Assembly (NCBI GenBank): GCA_026134085.1
Contig: JAOQIN010000004.1
Span: 26 to 64,025, forward strand
DNA length: 64,000 nt
Direction of reading: 5' to 3'
Source: Candidatus Methanoxibalbensis ujae
GTDB taxonomy: Archaea; Halobacteriota; Syntropharchaeia; Alkanophagales; Methanospirareceae
Under the pieces are notes generated by a model. The model saw only the letters and a list, made by a program, of their open reading frames with translations. It made no database searches and was not told the origin of the DNA. Below, piece after piece: positions 10,007-19,924 of the stretch. Numbering within the stretch: the stretch's first letter is position 1; every line of letters begins with the position of its first letter. A program made the position numbers and the translations under genes.

Positions 10007-11134
10007 TCAGAGCAGGTATTCATTTACATTCTTGTATTCAAAATATTCATCTGCGAGGACATTTTCAGCGAAATTGAATATTTTTCTTCTGGTATCGGCG
10101 GGGAGATGAGGATACCATATCGGTGATGCAATCACAAGACATCTGAATGCGAAAAATGGCTGAACAACACTCAGTATCTCTTCATCACCTGTTTTATGCA
10201 AGTAAGTTTCGAAGAAGACATTGAAAAGTTCAGCAAATTCACCCTTCATCATACCATATTTCATGAGCGAAAAGAACATGAAGTTTATGGACATCGCCGT
10301 AAGGTCGTCCGCTGCCTCCCCCCACTCCCCTCTGCTGCGGTCAAGCACTGTGAAGTCCGTGTGATGATGAAATATAACATTCCAGGGATGGAAATCACCA
10401 TGAACTGCACACAATCTATGAGATTTTTCCTTCAATTTCCATCTCCATTCCACACATTTCTTCTCCAACTCAATCAATTCTTCAGCTGATATGAATTCAG
10501 TTTTAGGTGGATAGCTGTCTGTTAGTCCGAATATGCATTCATTATGTCCAACTAATTCTCTTATTCGCCTGACATATAGTTGAGGATCGTCCTTTTTTTC
10601 AGCATGTATTTCGGAGAGGTAAGATGCGAGTGCGACTGCGCGCTCCTCATCAATTCTCCCATATTCTCGCGCTCCTGTGAGCAGGTTCTGGAGATCTGAT
10701 GCGTATTCTGTGCCTTCCGCTTTCTCACATACTATGAAGAACTCCTCAGCGTCGCTGACAGACTTCAGAGAACCGTCTTTGGCGAAGTATCCGACATCTA
10801 TCGCACGAACATGTTTTGGAAGCGTGTTGAACGCGTGAAATTGCCAGAGCAGTATTCCAGCGCGGTCCGCGAAGTGCTGATGACCAAAAGCGTCTGCTTT
10901 CATTGTTGAAATAACCAATTCCCTGCGCTCAACACCACCTCTATCGCATTCAAATGACACAAGAAGCGGTTTCCCGTAGCCGAAGCCCTTTATCCCTTCA
11001 GCCTGTTCGGATGTATCCTCCGCCTTCAACAATTCGCTCACGCTCAAAATCCTCACGGGGGCTCCAAATTTGCTCTCAAGATACGCCTTCAGCTCTTTCA
11101 TGCTCAAAGATTGAGATTCATCCCCTATATACAT
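10007..11134 (-). CDS. Phosphotransferase (APH/choline-kinase-like) family protein
   Basis: 375 aa. Catalytic-loop motif CAVHGDFHPWNVIF. Confidence 0.7.
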   Translation of the reverse strand: MYIGDESQSLSMKELKAYLESKFGAPVRILSVSELLKAEDTSEQAEGIKGFGYGKPLLVSFECDRGGVERRELVISTMKADAFGHQHFADRAGILLWQFHAFNTLPKHVRAIDVGYFAKDGSLKSVSDAEEFFIVCEKAEGTEYASDLQNLLTGAREYGRIDEERAVALASYLSEIHAEKKDDPQLYVRRIRELVGHNECIFGLTDSYPPKTEFISAEELIELEKKCVEWRWKLKEKSHRLCAVHGDFHPWNVIFHHHTDFTVLDRSRGEWGEAADDLTAMSINFMFFSLMKYGMMKGEFAELFNVFFETYLHKTGDEEILSVVQPFFAFRCLVIASPIWYPHLPADTRRKIFNFAENVLADEYFEYKNVNEYLL

Positions 11135-11228
11135 CCTGGCGCCCGGAGATGTAAAATTGCACGAGCGATCCTCCCACCCACGAAAAGGAACTAAAGTATG
11201 ATGAGGGCGAGATTCTTTGTTTCATTGA

Positions 11229-11483
11229 TCACCCCACTGAAATTCCTCCTCTGTCTTGATAACTCCTCAATAACTCCACAAGACCACAAGACACGCAAAT
11301 TCCCACTTCGCAAATCCGAAGAAGAATATGAGCGAACGTGCCAATTGAAGCTCCTGCCAGTGCCGCACTGAGAGAACCCGCCATCAGGCATGAGCCTGTA
11401 ATGGCAGCGATTATGATGGGAATATAGATGAGGACAATGATGAAAATAGCCCTCGGATCTCCCCGATTTTCCCACTTCGGCAT
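11229..11483 (-). CDS. Possible small membrane protein
   Basis: 84-aa ORF with two hydrophobic stretches (IFIIVLIYIPIIIAAITG, SLSAALAGASIG). No homology recognised. Confidence 0.25.
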   Translation of the reverse strand: MPKWENRGDPRAIFIIVLIYIPIIIAAITGSCLMAGSLSAALAGASIGTFAHILLRICEVGICVSCGLVELLRSYQDRGGISVG

Positions 11484-11841
11484 CCCTGCCCTCTATCGTG
11501 TCTGACAGATGTATCCGTAATCCACACCTCCACCACAACTGCCCCTCACTGCACCCTTCTTTGCGGTCTCCTTTCAACATATCTGCAGATGATTTTGCGT
11601 CCTGAATTGCTGAATTCTCGTAAATCTTCAATTTTGATTTCATCGTCCCGTATCGCTCATCCGTTATTTATCCTCCGAGACGCTCCAGACTTCCTCTTCT
11701 TTTTTGTTGTAACTGCTTCTCCTCCAGCATCCTTCTCTCCCCCATCCCGTCCAGCGGAGGGCTGCGGATGATCAAATCCGTCCCTCTAAGGGATCCGTTC
11801 CATAAAAAGCATTATGTATTTTGCTCTTTATAGAGAGGGAC

Positions 11842-12885
11842 ATGGCGGGAATTATATCGTATGGCGTGTATGTGCCTGATTTCCGCATAAAAGCGGATGA
11901 GATAGCGAGGCAGTGGGGGGAGAACGCAGAAGCGATAAAATCCTCGTTGCTTATTGAGGAGAAGAGCGTGCCTGATCTGGATGAAGATGCTGCGACGATA
12001 GCTGTTGAGGCTTCTCGTGCTGCGATTCAGCGTGCTGAGATAGATGCTCGTGAGATTGGTGCGATTTATGTCGGTTCTGAGAGTCATCCGTATGCTGTTA
12101 AGCCCACTGCCACAATTGTTGCCGCTGCTATAGGCGCTTCTCCCTCTCTTACTGCTGCTGATTGGGAATTTGCGTGCAAGGCGGCGACCGCATCATTTCA
12201 AGCTGGCATATCGCTGGTTGAGAGTGGCAGAGCGAAATATGTGCTGTGCGTGGGAGCAGATGTCTCTCAATCAGCGCCTCGTGACCCTCTTGAATTCACT
12301 GCTGCGGCAGGTGCAGCTGCGTTTCTCATGGGCTCGTCTGAAGTGATCGCTGAGATTGAGGATTTCACATCATTCACAACAGACACTCCTGATTTCTGGC
12401 GAAGAGACCTGCAGCGATTCCCATCGCATGGCGGAAGGTTCACAGGAGAGCCCGCTTATTTTAGGCACACGAAGTCAGCGGCTGAAATGCTTATGCATAA
12501 AACGGGACTTCGTGCATCCGACTTTGATTTCGCAGTTTTCCATCAGCCGAACGGGAAGTTTCCCCTTCGCATCGCTCAATCGCTCGGATTCAGGAAGGAA
12601 CAGGTAATGCCCTCTCTCACTGTCACGCGTCTCGGTAACACATACTCCGCAAGCTCTCTTATAGGATTTGCTGCGGTTCTCGATGTCGCATCTCCCGGAG
12701 ACAGAATACTGCTTTGCTCGTTCGGCTCTGGTGCTGGAAGCGATGCTTTCTCCATAAGAGTGACCTCTCATATAGAGAAGATGGATAGAACCCCCAAGGT
12801 CAAAGATCTGCTGAATTCATCAAAATATCTGAATTACGCAGAATATGCCAAACACACACGCAAGATAGTTGCGCTTCCTGAATGA
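11842..12885 (+). CDS. Archaeal hydroxymethylglutaryl-CoA synthase
   Basis: [27 protein letters not shown]-terminus, active-site Cys context [10 protein letters not shown]. Start moved to ATG 11842. Confidence 0.85.
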   Translation: MAGIISYGVYVPDFRIKADEIARQWGENAEAIKSSLLIEEKSVPDLDEDAATIAVEASRAAIQRAEIDAREIGAIYVGSESHPYAVKPTATIVAAAIGASPSLTAADWEFACKAATASFQAGISLVESGRAKYVLCVGADVSQSAPRDPLEFTAAAGAAAFLMGSSEVIAEIEDFTSFTTDTPDFWRRDLQRFPSHGGRFTGEPAYFRHTKSAAEMLMHKTGLRASDFDFAVFHQPNGKFPLRIAQSLGFRKEQVMPSLTVTRLGNTYSASSLIGFAAVLDVASPGDRILLCSFGSGAGSDAFSIRVTSHIEKMDRTPKVKDLLNSSKYLNYAEYAKHTRKIVALPE

Positions 12886-12908
12886 CTGAATGAGGGGAGG
12901 AGAATGAA

Positions 12909-14075
12909 ATGAAGCGTAAAGTTGCTGTAATAGGTGTTGGATGCACAAAATTTGGGGAGATATGGGAGAAATCGCTGCGTGATCTGGCAGTGGAAGCGGG
13001 TATGAAGGCGATTGAAGACGCTGCGATAAGCGGGGAGGAGATAAAAGCGCTCTATGGAGGGAACATGTCCGCCGGAATGTTCATTGAGCAGGAGCATGTC
13101 GGCGTTCTCATAGCTGATTACTCGGGGCTCGCATCCCTTCACATACCTGCTGTGCGTGTTGAGGCGGCGTGTGCCTCTGGCAGTGTGGCATTTCACCTCG
13201 CATGTCTCGCAGTTTCCTCCGGGATGTATGATATTGTGATAGCGGCGGGCGTGGAGAAGGTGACGGATGTTGATGCTTCTCGTGTTGAGGACATGCTCGC
13301 ATCTTCTGTGGACAGGGAGTGGGAGGCGATATATGGTGCGACGCTTCCTGCACTGTATGCACAGATCGCGATGGAGCATATGAAGAAATATGGAACAACA
13401 GAAGAACAGCTTGCGAGGGTTGCAGTGAAAAATCATGCTAACGCAGTTCACAATGAGATCGCGCAATACAGGCGGGAGATATCTGAGGAGTCAGTTCTCA
13501 GATCTCCCATTGTCGCATCGCCATTGCATGTGCTTGACTGCTCAACACCCGCTGATGGGGCAGCTGCTGTTGTGATATGTGATGCTTCAATGGCACGAAA
13601 ATACACAGACACTCCTGTGTATGTGGCAGCGTCTGCGCAGGCAACAGACACAATAGCGCTGCACGACCGCCACGATATCACGACAATGCTCTCAACAGCC
13701 ACAGCTGCGAGAAAAGCGTTCCGCACCGCGGGCATAGAGCCATCTGATGTCGATGTGGCGGAGGTGCACGACATCTACACAATATCTGAAATAGTCAGCA
13801 TTGAGGACATCGGTTTCTTCAAAAAGGGAGAAGGCGGCACAGCAACAGAAGAAGGTGCAACTGAAATAGGCGGTGAAATCGCTGTAAACCCGTCAGGCGG
13901 TCTGAAGGCCTGCGGCAATCCGCCAGGCGCAACAGGTATACGCCAGATTGTTGAGCTCGTAACTCAACTGAGAGGAGAGGCGGGAAAGCGACAGGTGCCA
14001 GACGCCGAAATAGGACTGGCCCATAACATGGGAGGCACAGGCGGCACCGCAGTGGTTCATATACTCGCGGTTTGA
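12909..14075 (+). CDS. Archaeal acetyl-CoA acetyltransferase (thiolase)
   Basis: KVAVIGVGCTKFGE N-terminus, active-site Cys in VEAACASGSVAF. Adjacent to the HMG-CoA synthase gene. Confidence 0.85.
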   Translation: MKRKVAVIGVGCTKFGEIWEKSLRDLAVEAGMKAIEDAAISGEEIKALYGGNMSAGMFIEQEHVGVLIADYSGLASLHIPAVRVEAACASGSVAFHLACLAVSSGMYDIVIAAGVEKVTDVDASRVEDMLASSVDREWEAIYGATLPALYAQIAMEHMKKYGTTEEQLARVAVKNHANAVHNEIAQYRREISEESVLRSPIVASPLHVLDCSTPADGAAAVVICDASMARKYTDTPVYVAASAQATDTIALHDRHDITTMLSTATAARKAFRTAGIEPSDVDVAEVHDIYTISEIVSIEDIGFFKKGEGGTATEEGATEIGGEIAVNPSGGLKACGNPPGATGIRQIVELVTQLRGEAGKRQVPDAEIGLAHNMGGTGGTAVVHILAV

Positions 14076-14112
14076 GCGCATCCCCCGCATAGCCTCATCA
14101 TTACGGCTTTCT

Positions 14113-14140
14113 CATTTTCTCAACTCCATTTTCTCAACTC
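14113..14140. repeat. Perfect 14-nt tandem duplication (cattttctcaactc x2)
   Basis: Counted base by base. Located in the spacer upstream of orc1/cdc6. Confidence 0.95.
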
Positions 14141-14350
14141 ACCTCCGCCCTCCTCGCACCTGACATTGGCGGCATTGACATCATTATCACAGACATCACA
14201 GACAGCATGCATATGACGCCTGCATGACGCCCGCCCACATTGCAGCGGCAAGGCGACCGAAGTCTTTTTTTCATAATGCCACATACTGAAATGATGAGGA
14301 GTGGTGTTAAAATCCTGCTGAGAAATGTGACTGGAGGAGTGTGAGAACAT

Positions 14351-15562
14351 ATGAACCTGTTTGACAGCGTTATGCTTGAGCGCAGGATATTTGCGAACAA
14401 GGATGTCCTGCGCCCTTCTTATATTCCGGAGAACCTTCCACACAGGAAGCAGCAGATAAAGCAGCTTGCAGAGATACTTTCAGCCGCTCTCAGAGGAGAA
14501 ACACCATCAAATATCCTGATTTATGGGAAAACAGGAACGGGTAAAACGGCAACCGTGAAGTATGTTGCGAAGGAATTGGAGGAAACATCTCACAGAATAG
14601 GTGCTAAATCTGAAATTGTGTATATTAATAGTGAGATTTTTGATACTCAATATAGAGTGTTTGCATATCTTGCGAGAATTTTCAATCGCAAAGTGCCTGT
14701 GATGGGCTGGCCGACGGATATGGTGTATGAGGCGTTCAGGGAGGGTGTTGACAGGGAGAGAAGGTGTGTGATTGTTGTTCTTGACGAGATAGACAGGCTT
14801 GTCAGGAACGGTGATGAGGTGCTTTACAATCTCTCAAGGATAAACTCCGAGCTCAGCAGAGCGAGGGTGAGTGTCATTGGCATTTCAAACGACCTCATAT
14901 TCACCGAGCGGCTTGATCCTCGTGTGAAGTCATCACTCGGCGAGGAGGAGATTGTGTTCCCGCCTTATGATGCGAAGCAGTTGAGCGACATACTTGAGGA
15001 GCGTGCTGCTGTTGCGTTCAATGAGAATGTCCTAGCCGAGGGCGTCATACCTCTCTGTGCTGCATTGGCGGCGCAGGAGCATGGAGATGCTCGCAGGGCG
15101 CTTGACCTCCTTCGCATATCTGCTGAGATAGCGGAACGCGCTTCTTCTGATGTTGTGACGGAGGAGCATGTCAGGATGGCATGTGAGCGCATAGAGATGA
15201 ACAAGGTCGCTGAGGTCGTGAGGACACTTCCTCTCCATTCAAAAATAGTGCTCGGCAGTATGTTGTTCCTCGGAAGGGAGAACTGCAGAAAAAAATTCAC
15301 GAGCGGGGAGATATACAACATGTACAGGAAGATGTGCGTTTTCGTCGGCATTGAACCGCTGACGCAGCGACGTGTTTCGGACCTTATAGCCGAGCTTGAT
15401 ATGCTCGGCCTTTTGAACGCGACAGTCGTGAGCAGGGGAAGATATGGGAGAACAAAAGAGATATCTCTGAGTGTTCCTGAGAAAAATCTCAGGGATGTAT
15501 TATTTGACCACAGACTTAAATCGTTGGAATCATTCAGAATAAGAACACAGATGACCCTTTAG
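14351..15562 (+). CDS. cdc6: Orc1/Cdc6 replication initiator
   Basis: 403 aa. Walker A YGKTGTGKT, Walker B VVLDEID, C-terminal winged-helix region. Confidence 0.95.
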   Translation: MNLFDSVMLERRIFANKDVLRPSYIPENLPHRKQQIKQLAEILSAALRGETPSNILIYGKTGTGKTATVKYVAKELEETSHRIGAKSEIVYINSEIFDTQYRVFAYLARIFNRKVPVMGWPTDMVYEAFREGVDRERRCVIVVLDEIDRLVRNGDEVLYNLSRINSELSRARVSVIGISNDLIFTERLDPRVKSSLGEEEIVFPPYDAKQLSDILEERAAVAFNENVLAEGVIPLCAALAAQEHGDARRALDLLRISAEIAERASSDVVTEEHVRMACERIEMNKVAEVVRTLPLHSKIVLGSMLFLGRENCRKKFTSGEIYNMYRKMCVFVGIEPLTQRRVSDLIAELDMLGLLNATVVSRGRYGRTKEISLSVPEKNLRDVLFDHRLKSLESFRIRTQMTL

Positions 15563-15574
15563 GGGGGATGAGAG

Positions 15575-15952
15575 ATGAGTGCCGTATATGTGCGGTTTGA
15601 AGTGCCTGAAGAGCTGCAGGAGAAAGCGCTGAATGTGATGGAGATCGCAAGAGACACCGGAAAGGTCAAGAGAGGGACAAACGAGACGACGAAAACAGTT
15701 GAGCGGGGGCTCGCAAAGCTCGTGTACATCGCTGAGGATGTGAACCCCGAGGAGATCGTGATGCATCTCCCGCCTCTGTGCGATGAGAAAAACATCCCTT
15801 ACATATATGTGAAGAGCCAGCGAGACCTCGCCGCAAAGGCGGGATTGGAAGTCCGCTGCGCATCCGCCGCGATAATTGATGCTGGCAACGCCGAAAAAGA
15901 GCTGGAAGAGGTTATTGAAGAGCTCAAACGAATAAGAGAGAGCTCTTCCTGA
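15575..15952 (+). CDS. rpl7ae: 50S ribosomal protein L7Ae
   Basis: [40 protein letters not shown]. Confidence 0.95.
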   Translation: MSAVYVRFEVPEELQEKALNVMEIARDTGKVKRGTNETTKTVERGLAKLVYIAEDVNPEEIVMHLPPLCDEKNIPYIYVKSQRDLAAKAGLEVRCASAAIIDAGNAEKELEEVIEELKRIRESSS

Positions 15953-16054
15953 CGCGGCAGCGATGAGGAGGATGAGAATGAGAGAGAAATGAATGTGGGA
16001 GAAGAGGTGAAGCGGTAAAGGAGAAAGAGAAAAACGGAGAAGATCGGTGAGGAG

Positions 16055-16276
16055 GTGGTGGAGATGCCTGAGGAAGAGGCAGTTCCAGTGGAGGTCATTG
16101 AGATCATAGGCAGAACAGGAATGCACGGTGAGGTCACACAGGTCAAGTGCAAGGTGCTTGAAGGCGAGTTCAAGGGCAGAATAATCACAAGAAACTGCAT
16201 CGGTCCAGTTGAAGTGGGGGATATCCTCATGATCCTTGAGCCCGCTCGTGAAGTCCGCAAACTGACAGGCAGATGA
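16055..16276 (+). CDS. rps28e: 30S ribosomal protein S28e
   Basis: [26 protein letters not shown]...[27 protein letters not shown]. The start may be the internal ATG at 16064 (MPEEE, 4th codon of the ORF). Confidence 0.9.
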   Translation: MVEMPEEEAVPVEVIEIIGRTGMHGEVTQVKCKVLEGEFKGRIITRNCIGPVEVGDILMILEPAREVRKLTGR

Positions 16277-16336
16277 GCAGATGAGCAGATGAGCAGAAGC
16301 AGATAAAGGCAGCGTGGCGCGGGAGGAGATGATGAT

Positions 16337-16507
16337 ATGAAATGTTCTTTCTGCAACTCTGATATTACGCCGGGAACAGGTAAAATGTATGTGAAGCGAG
16401 ATGGCACTGTCCTCTTTTTCTGCAGTTCAAAATGTGAGAAAAACATGCTTAAACTCGGAAGGAAGAGCAGAAAACTGAAATGGGTATATAAGCAGCGGAA
16501 GCAGTGA
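16337..16507 (+). CDS. rpl24e: 50S ribosomal protein L24e (56 aa; below the ORF-track size cut-off)
   Basis: Hand translation [58 protein letters not shown]...C..C zinc motif. Canonical position between rps28e and ndk. Confidence 0.85.
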   Translation: MKCSFCNSDITPGTGKMYVKRDGTVLFFCSSKCEKNMLKLGRKSRKLKWVYKQRKQ

Positions 16508-16609
16508 GGAGAAAGAGAGTGAGAGAAGGAGAGTGAAGAGAAGGAGAAGGTGCACTCAAAGCTCAAAGGATCCATCCTGAGAGGGAGAGGAGATATGAGA
16601 GAAGGAAAT

Positions 16610-17023
16610 ATGAGAGAGAGAACATTCATCATGATAAAGCCCGAATCTGTTGAGAGAGGACATATCGGTGAGATAATCACGAGATTTGAGCATCGCGGAT
16701 TTCGCATAGTTGCAATGCGCATGGAGAAGTTGAGCAGGGAAAAAGCGGAGGCGCAATATGAGGAACATCGCGGAAAGGATTTCTTTGAAAACCTCGTCTC
16801 ATATATCTGTTCAGCGCCAGTCGTTCTTATTGTGATTGAGGGAGAGGATGCAATATCCACCGCGAGAAAAATAGTCGGTGAAACAGACCCCAAGAAAGCA
16901 GAACCTGGCACAATCCGTGCTGATTTCGGCATTGACATACAGCGAAATGCAATTCACGCAGCTGACTCGCCAGAAAAAGCAAAACTGGAAATAAAACTGC
17001 ACTTCCCCGAACTCAGCACTTGA
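16610..17023 (+). CDS. ndk: Nucleoside diphosphate kinase
   Basis: MRERTFIMIKPESVERGHIGEIITRFEHRGF and active-site His in RNAIHAADS. Start moved to ATG 16610. Confidence 0.9.
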   Translation: MRERTFIMIKPESVERGHIGEIITRFEHRGFRIVAMRMEKLSREKAEAQYEEHRGKDFFENLVSYICSAPVVLIVIEGEDAISTARKIVGETDPKKAEPGTIRADFGIDIQRNAIHAADSPEKAKLEIKLHFPELST

Positions 17024-17046
17024 GCACTTGAGCACCTGACACCACG

Positions 17047-18453
17047 TCAATCAAAATCCATCTCCGCCTTCACACTCTCACCTCTGGCTGCTGTTTTTCT
17101 CCGTCTTCTCCTCGCCGTCTGAACTTCCGAGGTCTCTTTTGATACTATCTCATAGAGTATGGCGGTGCCGTTTTTCGGTCTCAGTATCCTTCCAAGCCTT
17201 TGAATGTATTCCCTGACACTTCCACTCCCGCTCATCACTATTCCAATGTTCGCGTCAGGAACATCAATTCCCTCATCAAGCACCTGACTGCTCACAACAG
17301 CGCTGAAAACGCCAGTTTTGAACCCATTTAGTATCATTCTTCTCTCATCCTTGTGTGTTTTATGTGTGATTGCGGGAATAAGAAATTTTCTTGAAATCCT
17401 GTAAACGAGATCATTGTATCTTGTAAAAATGATTATTTTGTCATTACGATGAATATCAAGCAATTCGCCAAGTTTTTTTATTTTATTTGACGAGCTGAAT
17501 GCGATTTTTCGTGCTTCATCCCATGCACGAAGTGCGTCATATGCGTGTTTATCGCGACCTGTTGCCATGACAACCTTTTGGAAGTCCTCATGGTTTTTTA
17601 TCATGATTTTTCTGCGTCTGAGATATTCTCTGAATACCCGCGCAGCCTTTTCATATCTCTCACGCTCATCATCGGTGAGCGGCACATATATGCGTTTGAA
17701 CCTGTAATTTGCGAGGTGTTCGCCTGCGAGCTCATCTGGAAGGACTTCAAACACCTTTCCTCCGACGATTTCTGGAAGTATCTGGTGCATGCCGTCCTCC
17801 CGTTCGTATGTTGCGGTGAGCCCCAATCTGAAAGGTGCCGCGCTGAACTCTGCGATGTGCCTGTATGCCTCAGCTGGCAGGTGATGAACCTCGTCAAAAA
17901 CGAGAAGGATAAACCTGTTTCCGAGTGTTTCCGCATTGACATATGCTGAATCGTATGTTGCTACGGTGAGCGGCTTCAGTTCTTTCTCCCTGCCCGAAAA
18001 CTCGCCTACAATATCGCTGCCAAAAATTGACAATCGCTCCTTCCACTGATCAAGAAGGTCAAGTGTGGGGACGACGATGAGTGTTGATACAGAAAGCCTG
18101 CGTATTATATCCATCGCAACGAACGTCTTGCCTGCACCCGTCGGAAGGACTATGCATCCCCGCCTGCCCGCATTGAACCATCTTCTCACAGCCTCTTCCT
18201 GATAGCTGCGAAGAGTGATTTTGACATCAAAAAAAGGACATGGAACGGGGTCAAGCACATCGTCGCTGAACTCAATATCAGATTCTTTCAGAAAGGAAAT
18301 GATGTCACGATACTTGTAGGCGAGTGCACGGTAACGCCCCTCTCTTGAATCATACCTCGCAAACGGAACCACCACATCTCCCGTTATCTGAATCGTCCCT
18401 CTACTGTATGTCAGCCTTGCATGCATCTCATCCACCCTCCCCATTATGCGCAA
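17047..18453 (-). CDS. XPB/Rad25-type SF2 DNA repair helicase
   Basis: 468 aa. Motif I LPTGAGKT, motif II VFDEVHH, and an N-terminal damage-recognition-like domain. Confidence 0.85.
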   Translation of the reverse strand: MRIMGRVDEMHARLTYSRGTIQITGDVVVPFARYDSREGRYRALAYKYRDIISFLKESDIEFSDDVLDPVPCPFFDVKITLRSYQEEAVRRWFNAGRRGCIVLPTGAGKTFVAMDIIRRLSVSTLIVVPTLDLLDQWKERLSIFGSDIVGEFSGREKELKPLTVATYDSAYVNAETLGNRFILLVFDEVHHLPAEAYRHIAEFSAAPFRLGLTATYEREDGMHQILPEIVGGKVFEVLPDELAGEHLANYRFKRIYVPLTDDERERYEKAARVFREYLRRRKIMIKNHEDFQKVVMATGRDKHAYDALRAWDEARKIAFSSSNKIKKLGELLDIHRNDKIIIFTRYNDLVYRISRKFLIPAITHKTHKDERRMILNGFKTGVFSAVVSSQVLDEGIDVPDANIGIVMSGSGSVREYIQRLGRILRPKNGTAILYEIVSKETSEVQTARRRRRKTAARGESVKAEMDFD

Positions 18454-18856
18454 TTCTCAAGCATGTGGCAAGTCCAATTTTCATAGTGCTTTTTCTGACA
18501 AATCAACATCCGGTCAGCCACAGGAGATCATGAGATCGAGTCATGAGATCGCGTTCCGATTTGATCATGAAATCAAAAACTCAGGATCCCGTTGCAGGTG
18601 AGGGGAAACTCCGTCAAAATTTTATTTTCCCTGATTCCTCCATTTTCATACATTCGCATAATTTTTTTCCGAAAACTGCACACCTGTTTGAAAGGAAAGA
18701 ACGTTTTTAATAGATATGAAAGGGATACTTTATAATGGAAGAGGAAACACTTGAGAGTCTTGGAGTGAATATTGAGATTATGGAGGAGCTATGGTGCTCT
18801 CAATATGAGGAAGATTATCGCAGGTGGATAAAACCGTGACACAACGCATGGATGAG

Positions 18857-19843
18857 CTATGACAAAATGTCGTTTATCCTAACTTCTTCCTGCTTTCTGT
18901 AGGAGTTTATCGCTGCAATTGCCACGGCAAGCACTTTTTTTCCATCCTCTGCGGAAGGATGCGGCTTTGCTCTTGTTGAAACGCATCTGATAAATGACTC
19001 AAGTTCGTTTCTCAAGGGCTCCTGTCTGTCAACAGACACTGTTATCGTGCATTCGGGCTTCCACACCTCCGCATTCTGCGTTATGTAATCAGCATGAGCA
19101 ACAGCTTCCGTCCCCACGATCATCAACGTCCGCACCTTGCGAGGAGTCAGCCAGTTCGTCTCAACGACACCTATATTGCCGCCCTCATACCTCAGGACCA
19201 CCGTTGCATAATCCTCCAGATCATGGCGATTGCTGTTCCTGAAGGAATTTCCTGCAAATGCATTCACACTTATCACATGCTTCCCATACAACACAGATAT
19301 GACATCAATATCGTGAACTGCAAGGTCAAGAATAACCCCTACATCCTTTATTGATGGAGGGTAGGGACCCAATCTTTTGCTTGATATTGTTAATATTTCT
19401 CCCAGTTCCGGCATTATATCTTTCAATGCTTCAACCACTGGATTGAATCTCTCTATATGCCCTATCATAACGCGGACATCCTCTTTATCCGCCGCTTCTA
19501 TTATTTCATCTGCCGCCTTAAGTGAATCTGCAATTGGCTTCTCAATAAGTGCGTGGATACCTGATGCTATTATATCCAGCGCCACATCTTTATGCATTGT
19601 CGTAGGCACAGCGATGCTGACAGCATCCGGGCGCTCCCTCCTTATAAGCTCGTGATATGATGTGTATGCCTTCGTGTTATACAAAGAGGCGAGATGTCTC
19701 ACACGAGCACGGTTTATATCTGCGATGCCAACGAGCTCAACATTATCCATCCCGCTGTAAACACGCACATGGTGCTTTCCCATGTTGCCCGTTCCAATAA
19801 CTCCAACACGCACAACACTTCTCCTTTTAAACATTTCCCTCAC
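18857..19843 (-). CDS. Gfo/Idh/MocA-family NAD-dependent sugar-nucleotide oxidoreductase
   Basis: VRVGVIGTGNMGKHH Rossmann motif. Adjacent to a DegT-type aminotransferase, a typical amino-sugar pair. Confidence 0.8.
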   Translation of the reverse strand: MREMFKRRSVVRVGVIGTGNMGKHHVRVYSGMDNVELVGIADINRARVRHLASLYNTKAYTSYHELIRRERPDAVSIAVPTTMHKDVALDIIASGIHALIEKPIADSLKAADEIIEAADKEDVRVMIGHIERFNPVVEALKDIMPELGEILTISSKRLGPYPPSIKDVGVILDLAVHDIDVISVLYGKHVISVNAFAGNSFRNSNRHDLEDYATVVLRYEGGNIGVVETNWLTPRKVRTLMIVGTEAVAHADYITQNAEVWKPECTITVSVDRQEPLRNELESFIRCVSTRAKPHPSAEDGKKVLAVAIAAINSYRKQEEVRINDILS

Positions 19844-19924
19844 TTCCAGATTTCTTCATAATGATTTAAAAAAAGATAAGTGCAAAAGGCATATGTGGAG
19901 AACATATGGCAATAACATGTCAAT

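Noticed and set aside
11191-11643. 150-aa minus ORF overlapping the 84-aa ORF at 11229-11483.
   Set aside because: Its translation is Arg/Ser/Gly/His-rich with no hydrophobic core or motif. The alternative frame with two predicted TM segments is the more plausible, though still weak, gene.
14288-14345. C/D-box sRNA-like words (ATGATGA ... CTGA ... ATGTGA) just before the orc1 start.
   Set aside because: The spacing between the C box and the putative D' box is ~17 nt rather than ~12, and no terminal D box (CTGA) or terminal stem is present. This is likely coincidence.
14076-14350. Possible replication origin upstream of orc1/cdc6 (tandem 14-mers, repeated atgacgcc words).
   Set aside because: There is no AT-rich unwinding element, and the repeats lack the dyad-symmetric ORB/mini-ORB character (TCCA...TGGA). 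The repeats fit the genome-wide tandem-duplication pattern instead. An origin cannot be excluded without skew or ORB analysis.
15799-16938. 379-aa minus-strand ORF spanning the rpl7ae-rps28e-rpl24e-ndk region.
   Set aside because: It is antisense to four well-supported conserved genes. Its translation is Ser/Phe/Leu-rich low complexity with no motif, so it is a shadow ORF.
18735-18839. 34-codon ORF (MEEETLESLGVNIEIMEELWCSQYEEDYRRWIKP) in the XPB-oxidoreductase spacer.
   Set aside because: It is too short and has no recognisable family. It cannot be supported from sequence alone.
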